Shown here piece after piece: positions 7,570-16,584 of a stretch of 21,571 nucleotides of DNA (within the stretch, counting starts at the first letter, position 1; the number at the start of each line of letters is the position of its first letter). Below the pieces are notes generated by a model that searched no databases, was not told where the DNA came from, and saw only the letters and a program-made list of their open reading frames with translations. This DNA is from Armatimonadota bacterium (GTDB lineage: Bacteria > Armatimonadota > UBA10988), in the NCBI GenBank assembly GCA_016235455.1, contig JACRKZ010000091.1:1-21571 (forward strand), in the 5' to 3' direction. A program made the position numbers and the translations under genes.

Positions 7570-8876
7570 ACCCTCGGAGCACCCACATGACACGAACCGC
7601 CGTCCGTTGCCTGTGCTATGGCCTGGTACTGACCGCCACCGCGCTGCTGGGCGCCAGCGACGCGCTCAAGGCCGAGATGAAAGATCCCGATCTGGCGGCG
7701 CACTGGATCTACGACGACCTGCCGGCAGCCACCGCACAGGCCAAAGCGAGCGGCCAACCGCTGCTGGTCGCGCTGCGCTGCGTGCCCTGCCCCGCGGCCA
7801 TCAAGCTCGATGCCGCCCTGACCCACCCATCGCCTGAGCTGGAGGCGGTCGAGAAGCAGTTTGTCTGCGTTCGCGTGGTCAAGAACCAGGGGCTCGACCA
7901 GCGCATCTTCCAGTTCGATGGGGACAACTCGCTGGTGCTGTTCTTCCTCAATGCGGACGGCACGATCTACGGCCGCTATGGGTCGCGGAACGGCAACGCC
8001 GGCAACTCCGACAATCTGCTGTCGGAGGCGGCCGCCCGCAGGGCCATGGAGCGCGCCCTGGTGCTGCACCGGGCCTATCCGGGCAACAAGGCCCAGTTGG
8101 CCGGCAAGCGCGGGCCGGCGCCCGAGTATGCGCTGCCCGAGCAGATCCCCGGCTTGACCGACCGCGCCGTGGAGCCCGTGACCCGCAAGGCCTGCATCCA
8201 CTGCCACATGATCCGCGAGCGGCAGATCACCAACAAGTACAACGCCGGCACGCTCAAGGCGAGCGACCTGTTCGTCTATCCCCTGCCTGACAACATCGGC
8301 CTGAAGATCGCGGTCGACGACGGCCGGCGAGTCGAGCAGGTGGCGGCAGGTTCGCCGGCCGCCAAGGCCGGGCTGGCGGCTGGTGACGAACTGCTGACGC
8401 TCAACGGCCAGCCGCTCACCTCGGTGGCCGATATGCAGTGGGTGCTCAACGCGCTGCCCGAGGAGTCGACGCTGACGGCTCAGGCCAGGCGCGGCGCCGC
8501 GACGCTCGACTTCAAGCTGGCGCTGAGCGGCCCCTGGCGCGAGTCCGATCTGGGCTGGCGGTCCTCCACCTGGGCGGGCCTGCGCCATGGCCTGCTGACG
8601 GTGCCACTGACGGCCGAGGAGAGGCAGGCGCTTGGCGTGGCCGATGGCAGCCTGGCGCTGGCGGTCAAGCAGATGTATGGCAACGCGGCACAAGTCCTGC
8701 CGAAGGCCGGGCTCAAGACGCGTGACGTCATCGTCAGTGTCGGCGACAAGGCGCGCGCGCTGACCGAGTCGCAGTTCCTGGTGCATCTGCGCACCACCTA
8801 CGGCCCGGGTGACCCCGTGAAGGTCACCGTGCTGCGCGATACGCAGCGCCTGGAGTTGACGCTCCCGCCGTGGTGA
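7566..8876 (+). CDS. Trx7/PDZ-domain protein (thioredoxin-like + CxxCH + two PDZ-like domains), secreted
   Basis: Signal peptide; WIYDDL...A.A...G.PLLVALRCVPC; FF.NADGTIYGRYG; CIHCH; PDZ motifs GSPAAKAGLAAGDELLTLNG and KAGLKTRDVIVSV. Alternative start ATG 7587. Confidence 0.85.
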   Translation: MNPRSTHMTRTAVRCLCYGLVLTATALLGASDALKAEMKDPDLAAHWIYDDLPAATAQAKASGQPLLVALRCVPCPAAIKLDAALTHPSPELEAVEKQFVCVRVVKNQGLDQRIFQFDGDNSLVLFFLNADGTIYGRYGSRNGNAGNSDNLLSEAAARRAMERALVLHRAYPGNKAQLAGKRGPAPEYALPEQIPGLTDRAVEPVTRKACIHCHMIRERQITNKYNAGTLKASDLFVYPLPDNIGLKIAVDDGRRVEQVAAGSPAAKAGLAAGDELLTLNGQPLTSVADMQWVLNALPEESTLTAQARRGAATLDFKLALSGPWRESDLGWRSSTWAGLRHGLLTVPLTAEERQALGVADGSLALAVKQMYGNAAQVLPKAGLKTRDVIVSVGDKARALTESQFLVHLRTTYGPGDPVKVTVLRDTQRLELTLPPW

Positions 8877-8920
8877 GGACCGCGCTGCCGTTGAACGCAC
8901 ACCGAAAGAGGACCGCCCCG

Positions 8921-10015
8921 ATGATCGCGTGCCGTACCTTTCCGTCCGTTTTGTTGGCTCTGCTCGTGACCTCCACGGCCAACGCGCTCACCTGGGGCGT
9001 CAATGTCCACGATGGCGGACCCGAGCCAGCGGTTCTGGCCAAGGCGCTGGCCGACCGCCACCTGACCGTCGTTCGCACCGACCTCTGGGGCAACGACCAG
9101 GCCTACTTGGCTCGCTTCCGCCGTGCGGTGACGGTGTTCAAGGAGCAAGGCATCGCCGCCCAGGCCGTGCTGTTCACCAGCTTCTCCGGCGGCCAGCCGC
9201 GCAGCCGTGACTACACCGCCGACCTGGCGGAGGTGGAGCAGACGGCGTATACGCAGACGCTCGGCCAGGTCGAAGCCACCCGCGACCTGATCCGCGACTA
9301 CGAACTGCAGAACGAGATCCCGCTCTACCCCGACATGCTGGTCAAAGGCGAGAAGGTCTACGGCCAGGAGATCGCCGACTGGGACACGCCGGCCTGCCGG
9401 TTGCAGGCCGCGGTGCTGCGCGGCATGTCGCGCGCCGTGGCCGAGGTGCGACGCACGTCCGGCCAGCCGCTACGCGTCATCCTCGGCACGGTCAACCGCT
9501 ATTGGGGCTTCCTGGCGTTCATGCGGCAGCAGCGCGTCGAGTTCGATGTCGTCGGCTACCACATCTACCCCTGGGAGAAGCACGCCACGCTCGACGTCGA
9601 CCCCTGGTTCGGGCCGGGCGGGCCGCTGGGGCAACTGGCCAGATTCGGCAAGCCGGTCACCCTCAACGAGTTCAACGCTGGTGAGATCTACGCCGGTAGC
9701 CCCGGCCATCCCGGCCCCAACTATGAGAACAAGCTCGACGACCCGCAGACCGAACTCGGCTACAAGGGTGTCCACAAGCATCTTCAGGCGCTGGTCAAGC
9801 AGACCGCCGTCAACCTGGATTCGATCCTGTTCTATGAGGCCTTCGACGAGCCGCGCAAGGCGCCGCCCGAGAACCGGTTCGGCCTGTTCTACGACACGGC
9901 CTGTGCTCAGCCCAAGATCACGCTGCTGCTGGCGGCAGCCTTCGCCGGCGGCCGGCTGGAGCCCGGCGAGCAGGAGTTGCTGCGCGCGCGTGGCCTGGGT
10001 CCGGCGGCCAAGTAG
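8921..10015 (+). CDS. Secreted clan GH-A-like glycoside hydrolase (TIM barrel), family uncertain
   Basis: Signal peptide; WGVNVH, YELQNE (acid/base-like), VVGYHIY, TLNEFN (nucleophile-like), YEAFDE...ENRFGLF; GAGGA RBS before ATG 8921. Confidence 0.7.
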   Translation: MIACRTFPSVLLALLVTSTANALTWGVNVHDGGPEPAVLAKALADRHLTVVRTDLWGNDQAYLARFRRAVTVFKEQGIAAQAVLFTSFSGGQPRSRDYTADLAEVEQTAYTQTLGQVEATRDLIRDYELQNEIPLYPDMLVKGEKVYGQEIADWDTPACRLQAAVLRGMSRAVAEVRRTSGQPLRVILGTVNRYWGFLAFMRQQRVEFDVVGYHIYPWEKHATLDVDPWFGPGGPLGQLARFGKPVTLNEFNAGEIYAGSPGHPGPNYENKLDDPQTELGYKGVHKHLQALVKQTAVNLDSILFYEAFDEPRKAPPENRFGLFYDTACAQPKITLLLAAAFAGGRLEPGEQELLRARGLGPAAK

Positions 10016-10024
10016 GCGCTCAGG

Positions 10025-11095
10025 TCAGCCGAGCGCCGTCAGCCAGGCCACCACCTTGGTCTTCCGCGCCTCGCGCGCCAGGGCCAGCGGCGTCCGGCCT
10101 TCGGCGTCGCGGGCGGAAACGTCGGCGCCCGCCGCGACCAGATCGCTCAGCACGGCGTCGCTCAGCCCGCGGTGTGCGGCATAGTGCAGCGGCGTCCAGC
10201 CTCTGTTGTCGGCGCGACGCGGGTCGGCGCCGTGGGCCAGCAGCCAGGCCAGCGACCGGAGTTGGCCGAAGCGGCAGGTCTCGCCCAGCAGCGTGTTGCC
10301 GAGCTTCTCATCGCCCAGACCGTCCACCGCCCAGTGGGCCGGGTCGATCAGATCCAGCAGTTCGACCCGGTTGCGCATGACCAGCCGCGGGAACGCGGAT
10401 CTGCTGTCGGCGCCGGCCAGCACGAAGACTCGCGCCACGGCCGGCGGGCCGGCGCCGCAGGCCCAGCTCAGCGGCGTGTCGTGCTCCTCGTGGATGGGCG
10501 CGTCGGGCTCGGCACCATGGTCCAGCAACCGCTCGGCGATGGTGGCCAACCGTTGCTCGGTCTCGGCCCCGCGTCGCCACCAGCGCGTGCCCGCGACGAT
10601 GGCCAACGGCGGGTTGCCCCGCGCGTTGGGGCGCAGCGCGGCCGCGGGGGCGCCGGCCAGGACCGCTTCGGCGCGCGCCAGATCGGCGATGGCGGATCGC
10701 AGCAGCGCCACGGCCGGCCAATCGTCGTGCCAGGCAGCCAGGCCCAGCGCGGTCAGGCCTTGGCGACCACGACCACGCAGGTCGGCGCCACGCTCGAGCA
10801 GGAGCCGCACGGTGGCCTCGTGGCCGGGCGACCAGGTGGTCTGGGAGCAGATGCAGCAGGTGCGATCCAAGGGCCGACCCATGCCGCCGGTGTCCAGGTT
10901 CGGGTCGGCTCCGGCGTCCAGCAGCAGGCGCACAATCTCGACATGGCCGAACGAACAGGCCTTCATCAGCGGGTCGGGGTGCGTCGCGACGGCGTGATTG
11001 GCGCCCAAGGCGGCGGCAAAGGCGGCGGTGTCGCCGGCTTGGGCGGCTTTGATGGCGGCGCGCAGCAGGCGCTGCGGTGTGTCGATGGGCGGCAT
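10025..11095 (-). CDS. Ankyrin-repeat protein
   Basis: PLMKACSFGHVEIVRLLLDAGADPN, GLTALGLAA, GWTPLHYAA...AGADVSARDAEGRTPLALA; GAGGA RBS before ATG 11095. Confidence 0.9.
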   Translation of the reverse strand: MPPIDTPQRLLRAAIKAAQAGDTAAFAAALGANHAVATHPDPLMKACSFGHVEIVRLLLDAGADPNLDTGGMGRPLDRTCCICSQTTWSPGHEATVRLLLERGADLRGRGRQGLTALGLAAWHDDWPAVALLRSAIADLARAEAVLAGAPAAALRPNARGNPPLAIVAGTRWWRRGAETEQRLATIAERLLDHGAEPDAPIHEEHDTPLSWACGAGPPAVARVFVLAGADSRSAFPRLVMRNRVELLDLIDPAHWAVDGLGDEKLGNTLLGETCRFGQLRSLAWLLAHGADPRRADNRGWTPLHYAAHRGLSDAVLSDLVAAGADVSARDAEGRTPLALAREARKTKVVAWLTALG

Positions 11096-11211
11096 GGCGG
11101 TCCTCAGGGGTATTGTGAAGCCGGCGCGGCCAACGCGACAGATCGCCGCGCGCCGGAAGGAGAGCGCAGCGCCCGGGCGTAGTTCGCTGCTCAGCGGAGG
11201 CTGCGACACCG

Positions 11212-12306
11212 ATGGCTCAGAGCGCCTTGACCCACCGGGAACGCTTCGCGCTGTCCCTCGCCCATCAGCCCGTCGATCGACCGCCGCTCGACCTGGGCGC
11301 CACGGACATGACCGAGATCGAGGGCGGACCCCGTCGCCTGGCGTCGCTGCTGGGCCTGCCCGAGGACGACGAGGCGGTCCTGCGTCGGCTCGGGGTGGAC
11401 ATGCGCGGTGTCGGCGGCATCCTCACGCCCGAAGGCACCGGCGCGTGCCGGCTGTCCGCCACCGAGGTGGTCGACGCTTGGGGCATCCGGCATCAGTGGC
11501 AGGGCCACCACTATGAGATGGTCGGCCGCCCACTGGCCGACGCTGCGGTCGCGGATCTGGACCGCTTCCCCTGGCCCGATCCCGAGCGCATCGATCGCGC
11601 CGCTATCGACCGGCTCCGCGAGCGCGCGCGCTACCTGTACGAGGAGACGCCGTACGTGGTGTGCGGACGACACCCCTACTTCGGCGTGCTGGAGCTGGGC
11701 TGCTGGATGTGCGGCTACGACGAGTTCCTCTACCGGCTGGCCGGCGAGCCCGAGTTCACGCAGCGCTTCTTTGAGATCGTGCTGACGTATCAGAAGAAGG
11801 TCGACGCCATCTACTACGGTGCCCTTGGCCCCTACCTGCATCTGACCACCAGCGGCGACGACTTCGGCACGCAGACCGGACCACTGGTTTCACCACGTAT
11901 GTTCGCCGAGCAGATAGCGCCCTACCTGGCCGAGCGCATCCCCCATATTGCCACCTACACCGACGCCGTCTTCTTTCACCACACATGTGGCGCGGTGAGC
12001 GAACTGATCCCCGACCTGCTGGCGGCCGGCGTGCGCATCCTCAACCCCATCCAGCCCCGCGCCACCGGTATGGAACCTGAGCGGCTCAAGCAGGCCTTCG
12101 GCGACCGGTTGACCTTCTATGGCGGCATCGACACGCAGGACCTGCTGCCGAACGGCACGCCGGAGCAGGTGCGGGCCGAAACCCAGAGGGTGGCCAAGGT
12201 GCTGGGCGCCGACGGCGGCTACATCCTGTCCGCGGCGCACACCATCGGGGCCGATGTGCCGTTGGAGAACGTGCTGGCCATGTACAGCGCGGTCACGGGC
12301 AGATAG
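11212..12306 (+). CDS. Uroporphyrinogen decarboxylase/MtaA-CmuA superfamily protein
   Basis: LT.RER...L.HQ.VDRPP, DAWG, GDDFGTQ.GPLVSP.MF, FHHTCG, LNPIQ, F.GGIDTQ.LL..GT.EQV, GGYIL...HTI. Confidence 0.9.
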   Translation: MAQSALTHRERFALSLAHQPVDRPPLDLGATDMTEIEGGPRRLASLLGLPEDDEAVLRRLGVDMRGVGGILTPEGTGACRLSATEVVDAWGIRHQWQGHHYEMVGRPLADAAVADLDRFPWPDPERIDRAAIDRLRERARYLYEETPYVVCGRHPYFGVLELGCWMCGYDEFLYRLAGEPEFTQRFFEIVLTYQKKVDAIYYGALGPYLHLTTSGDDFGTQTGPLVSPRMFAEQIAPYLAERIPHIATYTDAVFFHHTCGAVSELIPDLLAAGVRILNPIQPRATGMEPERLKQAFGDRLTFYGGIDTQDLLPNGTPEQVRAETQRVAKVLGADGGYILSAAHTIGADVPLENVLAMYSAVTGR

Positions 12307-12313
12307 CACTATC

Positions 12314-12398
12314 CCCTGAGGATCCACAGATTCTGCAGATTACACAGATGGGTTTCTCGCCAATCTGTGCAATCTGCGTAATCTGTGGATCCTCAGGG
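12314..12398. repeat. Palindrome built from 9-nt CAGATT-type units, between convergent genes
   Basis: CCCTGAGGATCCACAGATT-CTGCAGATT-ACACAGAT ... ATCTGTGC-AATCTGCGT-AATCTGTGGATCCTCAGGG; outer 19-bp arms are perfect. Confidence 0.88.
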
Positions 12399-12419
12399 AA
12401 TTTTAAGAAGTGCCGACGA

Positions 12420-13100
12420 TCAGTCGAGCGACTTGATCTTCAGGTTGCGGAAGTAGATCAGCGCGTCGCCGTGCTTGCCCTGGAAGCCAACGAAGCCCTT
12501 GGTGGCCATCTTGGCCATGGGGTTGCTGAGCCACGGCGGCACGTCGCTGCCGTCGGGGTTCTTCTTGGCGTCGGTGAACTTGTCCATGTCGATCGTGTTC
12601 ACCAGCTTGCCGTTGAGGGCGATGGTGATTCCCTTGCCGCGGCAGGTGATGGTCATGCGGTTCCACTCACCGGCCGGCTTGACCGTCTGCTCGACGGGCG
12701 GCTGATGGCCGAAAGCCGAGGCGCACTTCCAGTTCGGCGCAACGTTCTTCCACTTGTCGGCGTAGTCGTCGAGGATCTGCAACTCGATCGAGTTGGGGAT
12801 CCAGTTGTTGATGTTGGTGCAGTAGACCACGACACCGCTGTTGGTGGCCTTGTCGTTGCGGAACTCCAGGTCGAGCGTGTAGTTCTCCCACTCGGCCTTG
12901 GTCCAGATGGCCTCGTCCTTGTTCGCGGACAGCACGCCATCCTCGACTTTCCAGACCTCCTTGTTGCAGGTGGCATCCGACAGGTCGGGCTTGAACACGT
13001 CGGCCCACTTGCTCGAATCAGGGTGGTCAAACTTGGGTGCTTCGGCGGCCAGCGCGGCCGACATCAGGCCCGCGACCATCAGGCAGAACAGCTTCTTCAT
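12420..13100 (-). CDS. DUF1080 / 3-keto-disaccharide hydrolase family protein, secreted
   Basis: Signal peptide MKKLFCL...; WKVEDGVL, NSGV, ELQILD, KPAGEWNRMTI, GFVGFQGKHG...FRNLKIK. Confidence 0.9.
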   Translation of the reverse strand: MKKLFCLMVAGLMSAALAAEAPKFDHPDSSKWADVFKPDLSDATCNKEVWKVEDGVLSANKDEAIWTKAEWENYTLDLEFRNDKATNSGVVVYCTNINNWIPNSIELQILDDYADKWKNVAPNWKCASAFGHQPPVEQTVKPAGEWNRMTITCRGKGITIALNGKLVNTIDMDKFTDAKKNPDGSDVPPWLSNPMAKMATKGFVGFQGKHGDALIYFRNLKIKSLD

Positions 13101-13273
13101 TGGGCTCACATCCTCTGGTGTGTCGGCGCCTTCCTCGACGCCGACACACCACAGACGCTACCACAGCGGCCGCGGTTCGCCGAGTCGCGAAACGATTGAT
13201 CCGCGCGACCGCCCCTGCCGACCAACGCCGCGGCGATACAATGGAGTCAGGTCGCGTGACCACGGAGCATGGG

Positions 13274-14266
13274 ATGCACCGACGGCAACTCATTGCGGCG
13301 CTGATCATCGGCTGCGTGCTGTGGCTCGCGGCTGGTCGCGCCGGCGACACGAACAGCAAGACCAACAAGGAGCAGTCCATGGCGGACCCGCAAGCTGGCC
13401 AGAACGGCCCGATGCCACCCCTCAACGCCGAGGAGTCCTATGTCATCCGCGACAAAGGTACCGAACGACCGTTCGTGGGCAAGTACACCGACACCGTCAC
13501 GCCCGGCATCTACGTCTGCCGGCAGTGCGGCGCGGCGCTCTATGAGTCCACCGCCAAGTTCCGCTCCGAGTGTGGCTGGCCCAGCTTCGACGATGAGATC
13601 CCCTTGGCCGTCAAGCGCCAGCGCGATGCCGACGGCCGACGCACCGAGATCCTCTGCGCCACCTGCGACGGCCATCTGGGCCATGTCTTCGAGGGTGAGC
13701 GCCTGACCGACAAGAACGTGCGGCACTGCGTCAACTCGCTATCCATCGTGCTGCGCCCGAGCACGCAGCCGGTGCAATGGGCGGTCTTCGCGGGCGGCTG
13801 CTTCTGGGGTGTCGAGCACTACTTCAAGAGCGCGCCCGGCGTGCTGACCGTGGAGTCGGGCTACACCGGCGGCACCGTGGCCAGCCCCACCTACCAGCAG
13901 GTCTGCACCGGCACCACGGGCCACGCCGAAGCCGTGCGCATCGGCTTCGACCCCGGCAAGACGACGTATGAGCAGTTGGCGAAGCTGTTCTTCGAGATCC
14001 ACGACCCGACGACGCTCAACCGCCAGGGACCCGACGCCGGCACGCAGTACCGCTCCGCGGTCTTCTATCGCGACGCGGCCCAGAAGCAGGCGGTCGACAA
14101 GCTGGTCGGCCAGCTCAAGGGGCTGGGCTACGCCGTGGTGACCGAACTCGCCCCAGCCGGCCCGTTCTACACCGCCGAGCTGTACCACCAGAACTACCTG
14201 GCGCTGCATCCGGGGCGGCAGGACTGCCATGTGCGCGTGGCGCGATTTGAGCAGCCGGCGCGGTAG
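13274..14266 (+). CDS. msrAB: Bifunctional methionine sulfoxide reductase MsrB-MsrA fusion with signal peptide
   Basis: MsrB motifs KGTERPF, CRQC, CGWPSFD, RTEILCATCDGHLGHVF and RHCVNS precede MsrA motifs GGCFWGVE, GYTGG, HDPTTLNRQGPD.GTQYRS and AELYHQNY. Start is uncertain (13241, 13274 or 13379). Confidence 0.93.
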   Translation: MHRRQLIAALIIGCVLWLAAGRAGDTNSKTNKEQSMADPQAGQNGPMPPLNAEESYVIRDKGTERPFVGKYTDTVTPGIYVCRQCGAALYESTAKFRSECGWPSFDDEIPLAVKRQRDADGRRTEILCATCDGHLGHVFEGERLTDKNVRHCVNSLSIVLRPSTQPVQWAVFAGGCFWGVEHYFKSAPGVLTVESGYTGGTVASPTYQQVCTGTTGHAEAVRIGFDPGKTTYEQLAKLFFEIHDPTTLNRQGPDAGTQYRSAVFYRDAAQKQAVDKLVGQLKGLGYAVVTELAPAGPFYTAELYHQNYLALHPGRQDCHVRVARFEQPAR

Positions 14267-14312
14267 AGCGCGGCCGACTCGCTCGGCACCCAGTGCTGCT
14301 GACCTGCCAACA

Positions 14313-14370
14313 TCAACAGATGACACAGATGACCGGTCGGGCTATCTGCGTCATCTGCGCCATCTGTTGA
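14313..14370. repeat. Second palindrome of 9-nt CAGATG-type units, between convergent genes
   Basis: TCAACAGATG-ACACAGATG ... ATCTGCGTC-ATCTGCGCC-ATCTGTTGA. Confidence 0.75.
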
Positions 14371-14431
14371 ACGTCAGTGGATTCGGCTACAGCGGCGCGC
14401 CGAGACTCCCAGCATAGCCGCGCCGCCGGAA

Positions 14432-16147
14432 CTAGGGACCCGGCCAGGCCACGACCCCAGCCCCAACCGTCACGGCAGCCCGTGCGGTCCAACCCGGCAC
14501 GCCCTGCGGCGCCGGCATCGCCGCGGCCAGCTTGACCAACTCCGCCGACGGCTCCAGTCTGAACCGCCCACCGACCGTGCCAAAGGTCAATGGCAATGCG
14601 CGCGAGTGCAGGTCCTCGCCGTAGCGCTTTTGCCAGGTGTCCAGCGGGTTGTCGGGGTTCCACGACTGGCGTAGCGTCGGCACACCGACCGCGGACGCGA
14701 ACAGGTTGTAGTCCGAGTGGTTCGAGGTCACCGTGCGCGGGCCGGCATCGTCGGAACCCATGTAGACCGTGATCTCGCAGCCCCGAGGACCGGCCGGCCC
14801 GGCCAGCGTGTTGTTCAGCAGCAGGTTGTTCAGGATGCGGTTGTTCTCCAGCGTCCAGTCACCCTCTCGCGGCATGGCCACGATGCCGCAGTTGTTGCCG
14901 GCCACGGTGTTGGCCACCACCCACACGTTCTGCGAGCCGGACAGGTAGATGCCGCGGCTGTGGTTGGCATAGACCAGATTGCCCGCGATGATGCCGCCGC
15001 CCTTGTTGATCTCGTAGAAGATGCCCGCGCCGCCGTTGTCGTGCACGACGTTGTCCAGGATGCGGCACTCGGCGTTGTCGTAGTCGAACCAGATGCCCGG
15101 CGCCTGGACGTTGAACGCCGCCTCGCAGCGCTGGATGGTGCAGCGGCGGTTGCTGGGGATGCATTTCGCGCCGCCGCAGTGCCAGCCGTCGTGGAAGCGC
15201 CGCGTGTTGTTGTAGCTCAGCCGGCAGTCGGTGATCAGGCAGTCGGTGCACTCGCCCATGCCCAGGCCAGTGTTGCAGTTCTGGATCAGGTCGCAGTCGC
15301 GCACCACGCACAGGCGCGAACGGCCCAGGCCCAGCCCGCAGAAGTCGGCCTGCGCGATGGTGCAGCGTTCCAACGTCACCCGCTCGCTCTCGCCGATACT
15401 CACCGCCGGCCATTGCCCGCCGGGCTGGCGGTTCTGGGCCATGGTCAGCCCGCGGATGACCACATCGTGCAGCCGGTTGGCCGTGAGCAGCCACTGGCGC
15501 GTGCCGACCTCGGTCAGGTACCAGCCCGGCTCGCCGGCGACACAGACGTAGAGGGTCTGGTCGGCGTTGTCGTAGAAGAACGAGTTCAGGTGGATATCGC
15601 GCAGGTCGCGGCCCACGACGGTGATCTTGGTGTACTCGTCATTGCGATAGATCAGGTCCGGCCCGATCTGCTGCAAGGCCGCGCCGTCCTGGAAGACCGA
15701 GGAGACATAGCGCCGGGCCTTGTCGACATACTCGGGCCCGACGAAGAACTCGTCGCCGAGGTGCACCTTCCACACGTTGGCATAGGCGTTGGGATACGGC
15801 TCCTTGACGTTCGGATCGCCGGTGAGGCGCTGCCACGGGCCTTTGACGACATCGGAGCCCTTGATCACGACCCGCTCGCCGGGCGCGGCGGCGAAGGTGA
15901 TCGGCTGGCCCGGCTCGCCGGAGCGCGTGAGGATGACCTCTTCGCGATAGACGCCATCGTGGACCAGCACCGTATCGCCGGCCACCAACGGCGCGGCGGC
16001 GGCGTGGGCGAGCGTCTTCCACGGCTGCTCGGCGCTGCCGGGGTTGGTGTCGGCCGCGCCGGGCTGGGCCTGGGCGACGTGGTAGACGGTGGCTTGCGCG
16101 GGCGCCAGCAGCAGCGCCGCCGTCAGGACCGGAAGCAGCTTGAACAT
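14432..16147 (-). CDS. Secreted right-handed parallel beta-helix protein (DUF1565-like N-terminus; pectin-lyase-like fold)
   Basis: Signal peptide; NPGSAEQPWKTL..AA...AGDTVLVHDGVYRE; repeated N-x-x-x-GI turns (GIWFD, GIFYE, GIYL); SDYNLF; GGAGG RBS before ATG 16147. Confidence 0.88.
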   Translation of the reverse strand: MFKLLPVLTAALLLAPAQATVYHVAQAQPGAADTNPGSAEQPWKTLAHAAAAPLVAGDTVLVHDGVYREEVILTRSGEPGQPITFAAAPGERVVIKGSDVVKGPWQRLTGDPNVKEPYPNAYANVWKVHLGDEFFVGPEYVDKARRYVSSVFQDGAALQQIGPDLIYRNDEYTKITVVGRDLRDIHLNSFFYDNADQTLYVCVAGEPGWYLTEVGTRQWLLTANRLHDVVIRGLTMAQNRQPGGQWPAVSIGESERVTLERCTIAQADFCGLGLGRSRLCVVRDCDLIQNCNTGLGMGECTDCLITDCRLSYNNTRRFHDGWHCGGAKCIPSNRRCTIQRCEAAFNVQAPGIWFDYDNAECRILDNVVHDNGGAGIFYEINKGGGIIAGNLVYANHSRGIYLSGSQNVWVVANTVAGNNCGIVAMPREGDWTLENNRILNNLLLNNTLAGPAGPRGCEITVYMGSDDAGPRTVTSNHSDYNLFASAVGVPTLRQSWNPDNPLDTWQKRYGEDLHSRALPLTFGTVGGRFRLEPSAELVKLAAAMPAPQGVPGWTARAAVTVGAGVVAWPGP

Positions 16148-16390
16148 GGGTGTTCCCCTCCGCGGGCGCCGGTGTGGGGCTCGCGGCGTGGGTTGGTTCG
16201 TGGTGGGTGGTGGGTGTCCTGCTGGGTTGGGGTGCGGCGCGTCGTTTACTCTGAGGCCTGGCGCCCGCCAGTCGCTGCCAGGCGCCACTGCGGCGTGATC
16301 GGCCGGGTGCGTGGCGATGCAGTTCGGGTGGCGGCCGTGACGTCGGCAGCCCGCCTAAGCGCGGTGCGCGCGGCCGCCACGGACCGCCGC

Positions 16391-16489
16391 TAGACTGCGC
16401 TCGCGATCCTTAGGCGCCCGGAACACATCGTCGCGACGGTTACGGTGGTAGGCGACGTCGTGTGGCCGGCCCGAGACGATGGCGCGGGC
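16391..16489 (-). pseudogene. Decayed N-terminal fragment of a RAYT / IS200-like Y1 transposase
   Basis: ARAIVSGRPHDVAYHRNRRDDVFRAPKDRERSL resembles the typical RAYT start (AR..V.G.PHH.TQRGN.R..VF....DR..YL). There is no nearby start codon, a stop follows shortly after, and no HUH motif is present. Confidence 0.5.
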
Positions 16490-16584
16490 CGCCCAGAAGG
16501 CGGGTGCGTACGGCCCACAGGTGCGGCATCGGCTTGAACGCGTAGCGTCGCGTCTGCCTCCCCCATGCCTGCAGCGGCAACGCA

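Noticed and set aside
7776-7790. Possible selenocysteine recoding in the Trx7/PDZ gene
   Set aside because: The CVPC cysteines are encoded by TGC; there is no in-frame TGA.
5016-8900. Long minus-strand ORFs (690, 261 and 493 aa)
   Set aside because: Antisense shadows of hcp and the two thioredoxin-like genes.
12314-12398. CRISPR-like array
   Set aside because: The units are 9 nt, adjacent and inverted, with no unique spacers and no cas genes.
16185-16235. GT-rich tract with several G3 runs (possible G-quadruplex, or inverted end matching the CA-rich tract at ~19782-19807)
   Set aside because: Low complexity; the match to the other side is loose and does not define terminal repeats or a target-site duplication.
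14717-16393. 558-aa + strand ORF
   Set aside because: Antisense shadow of the beta-helix gene.
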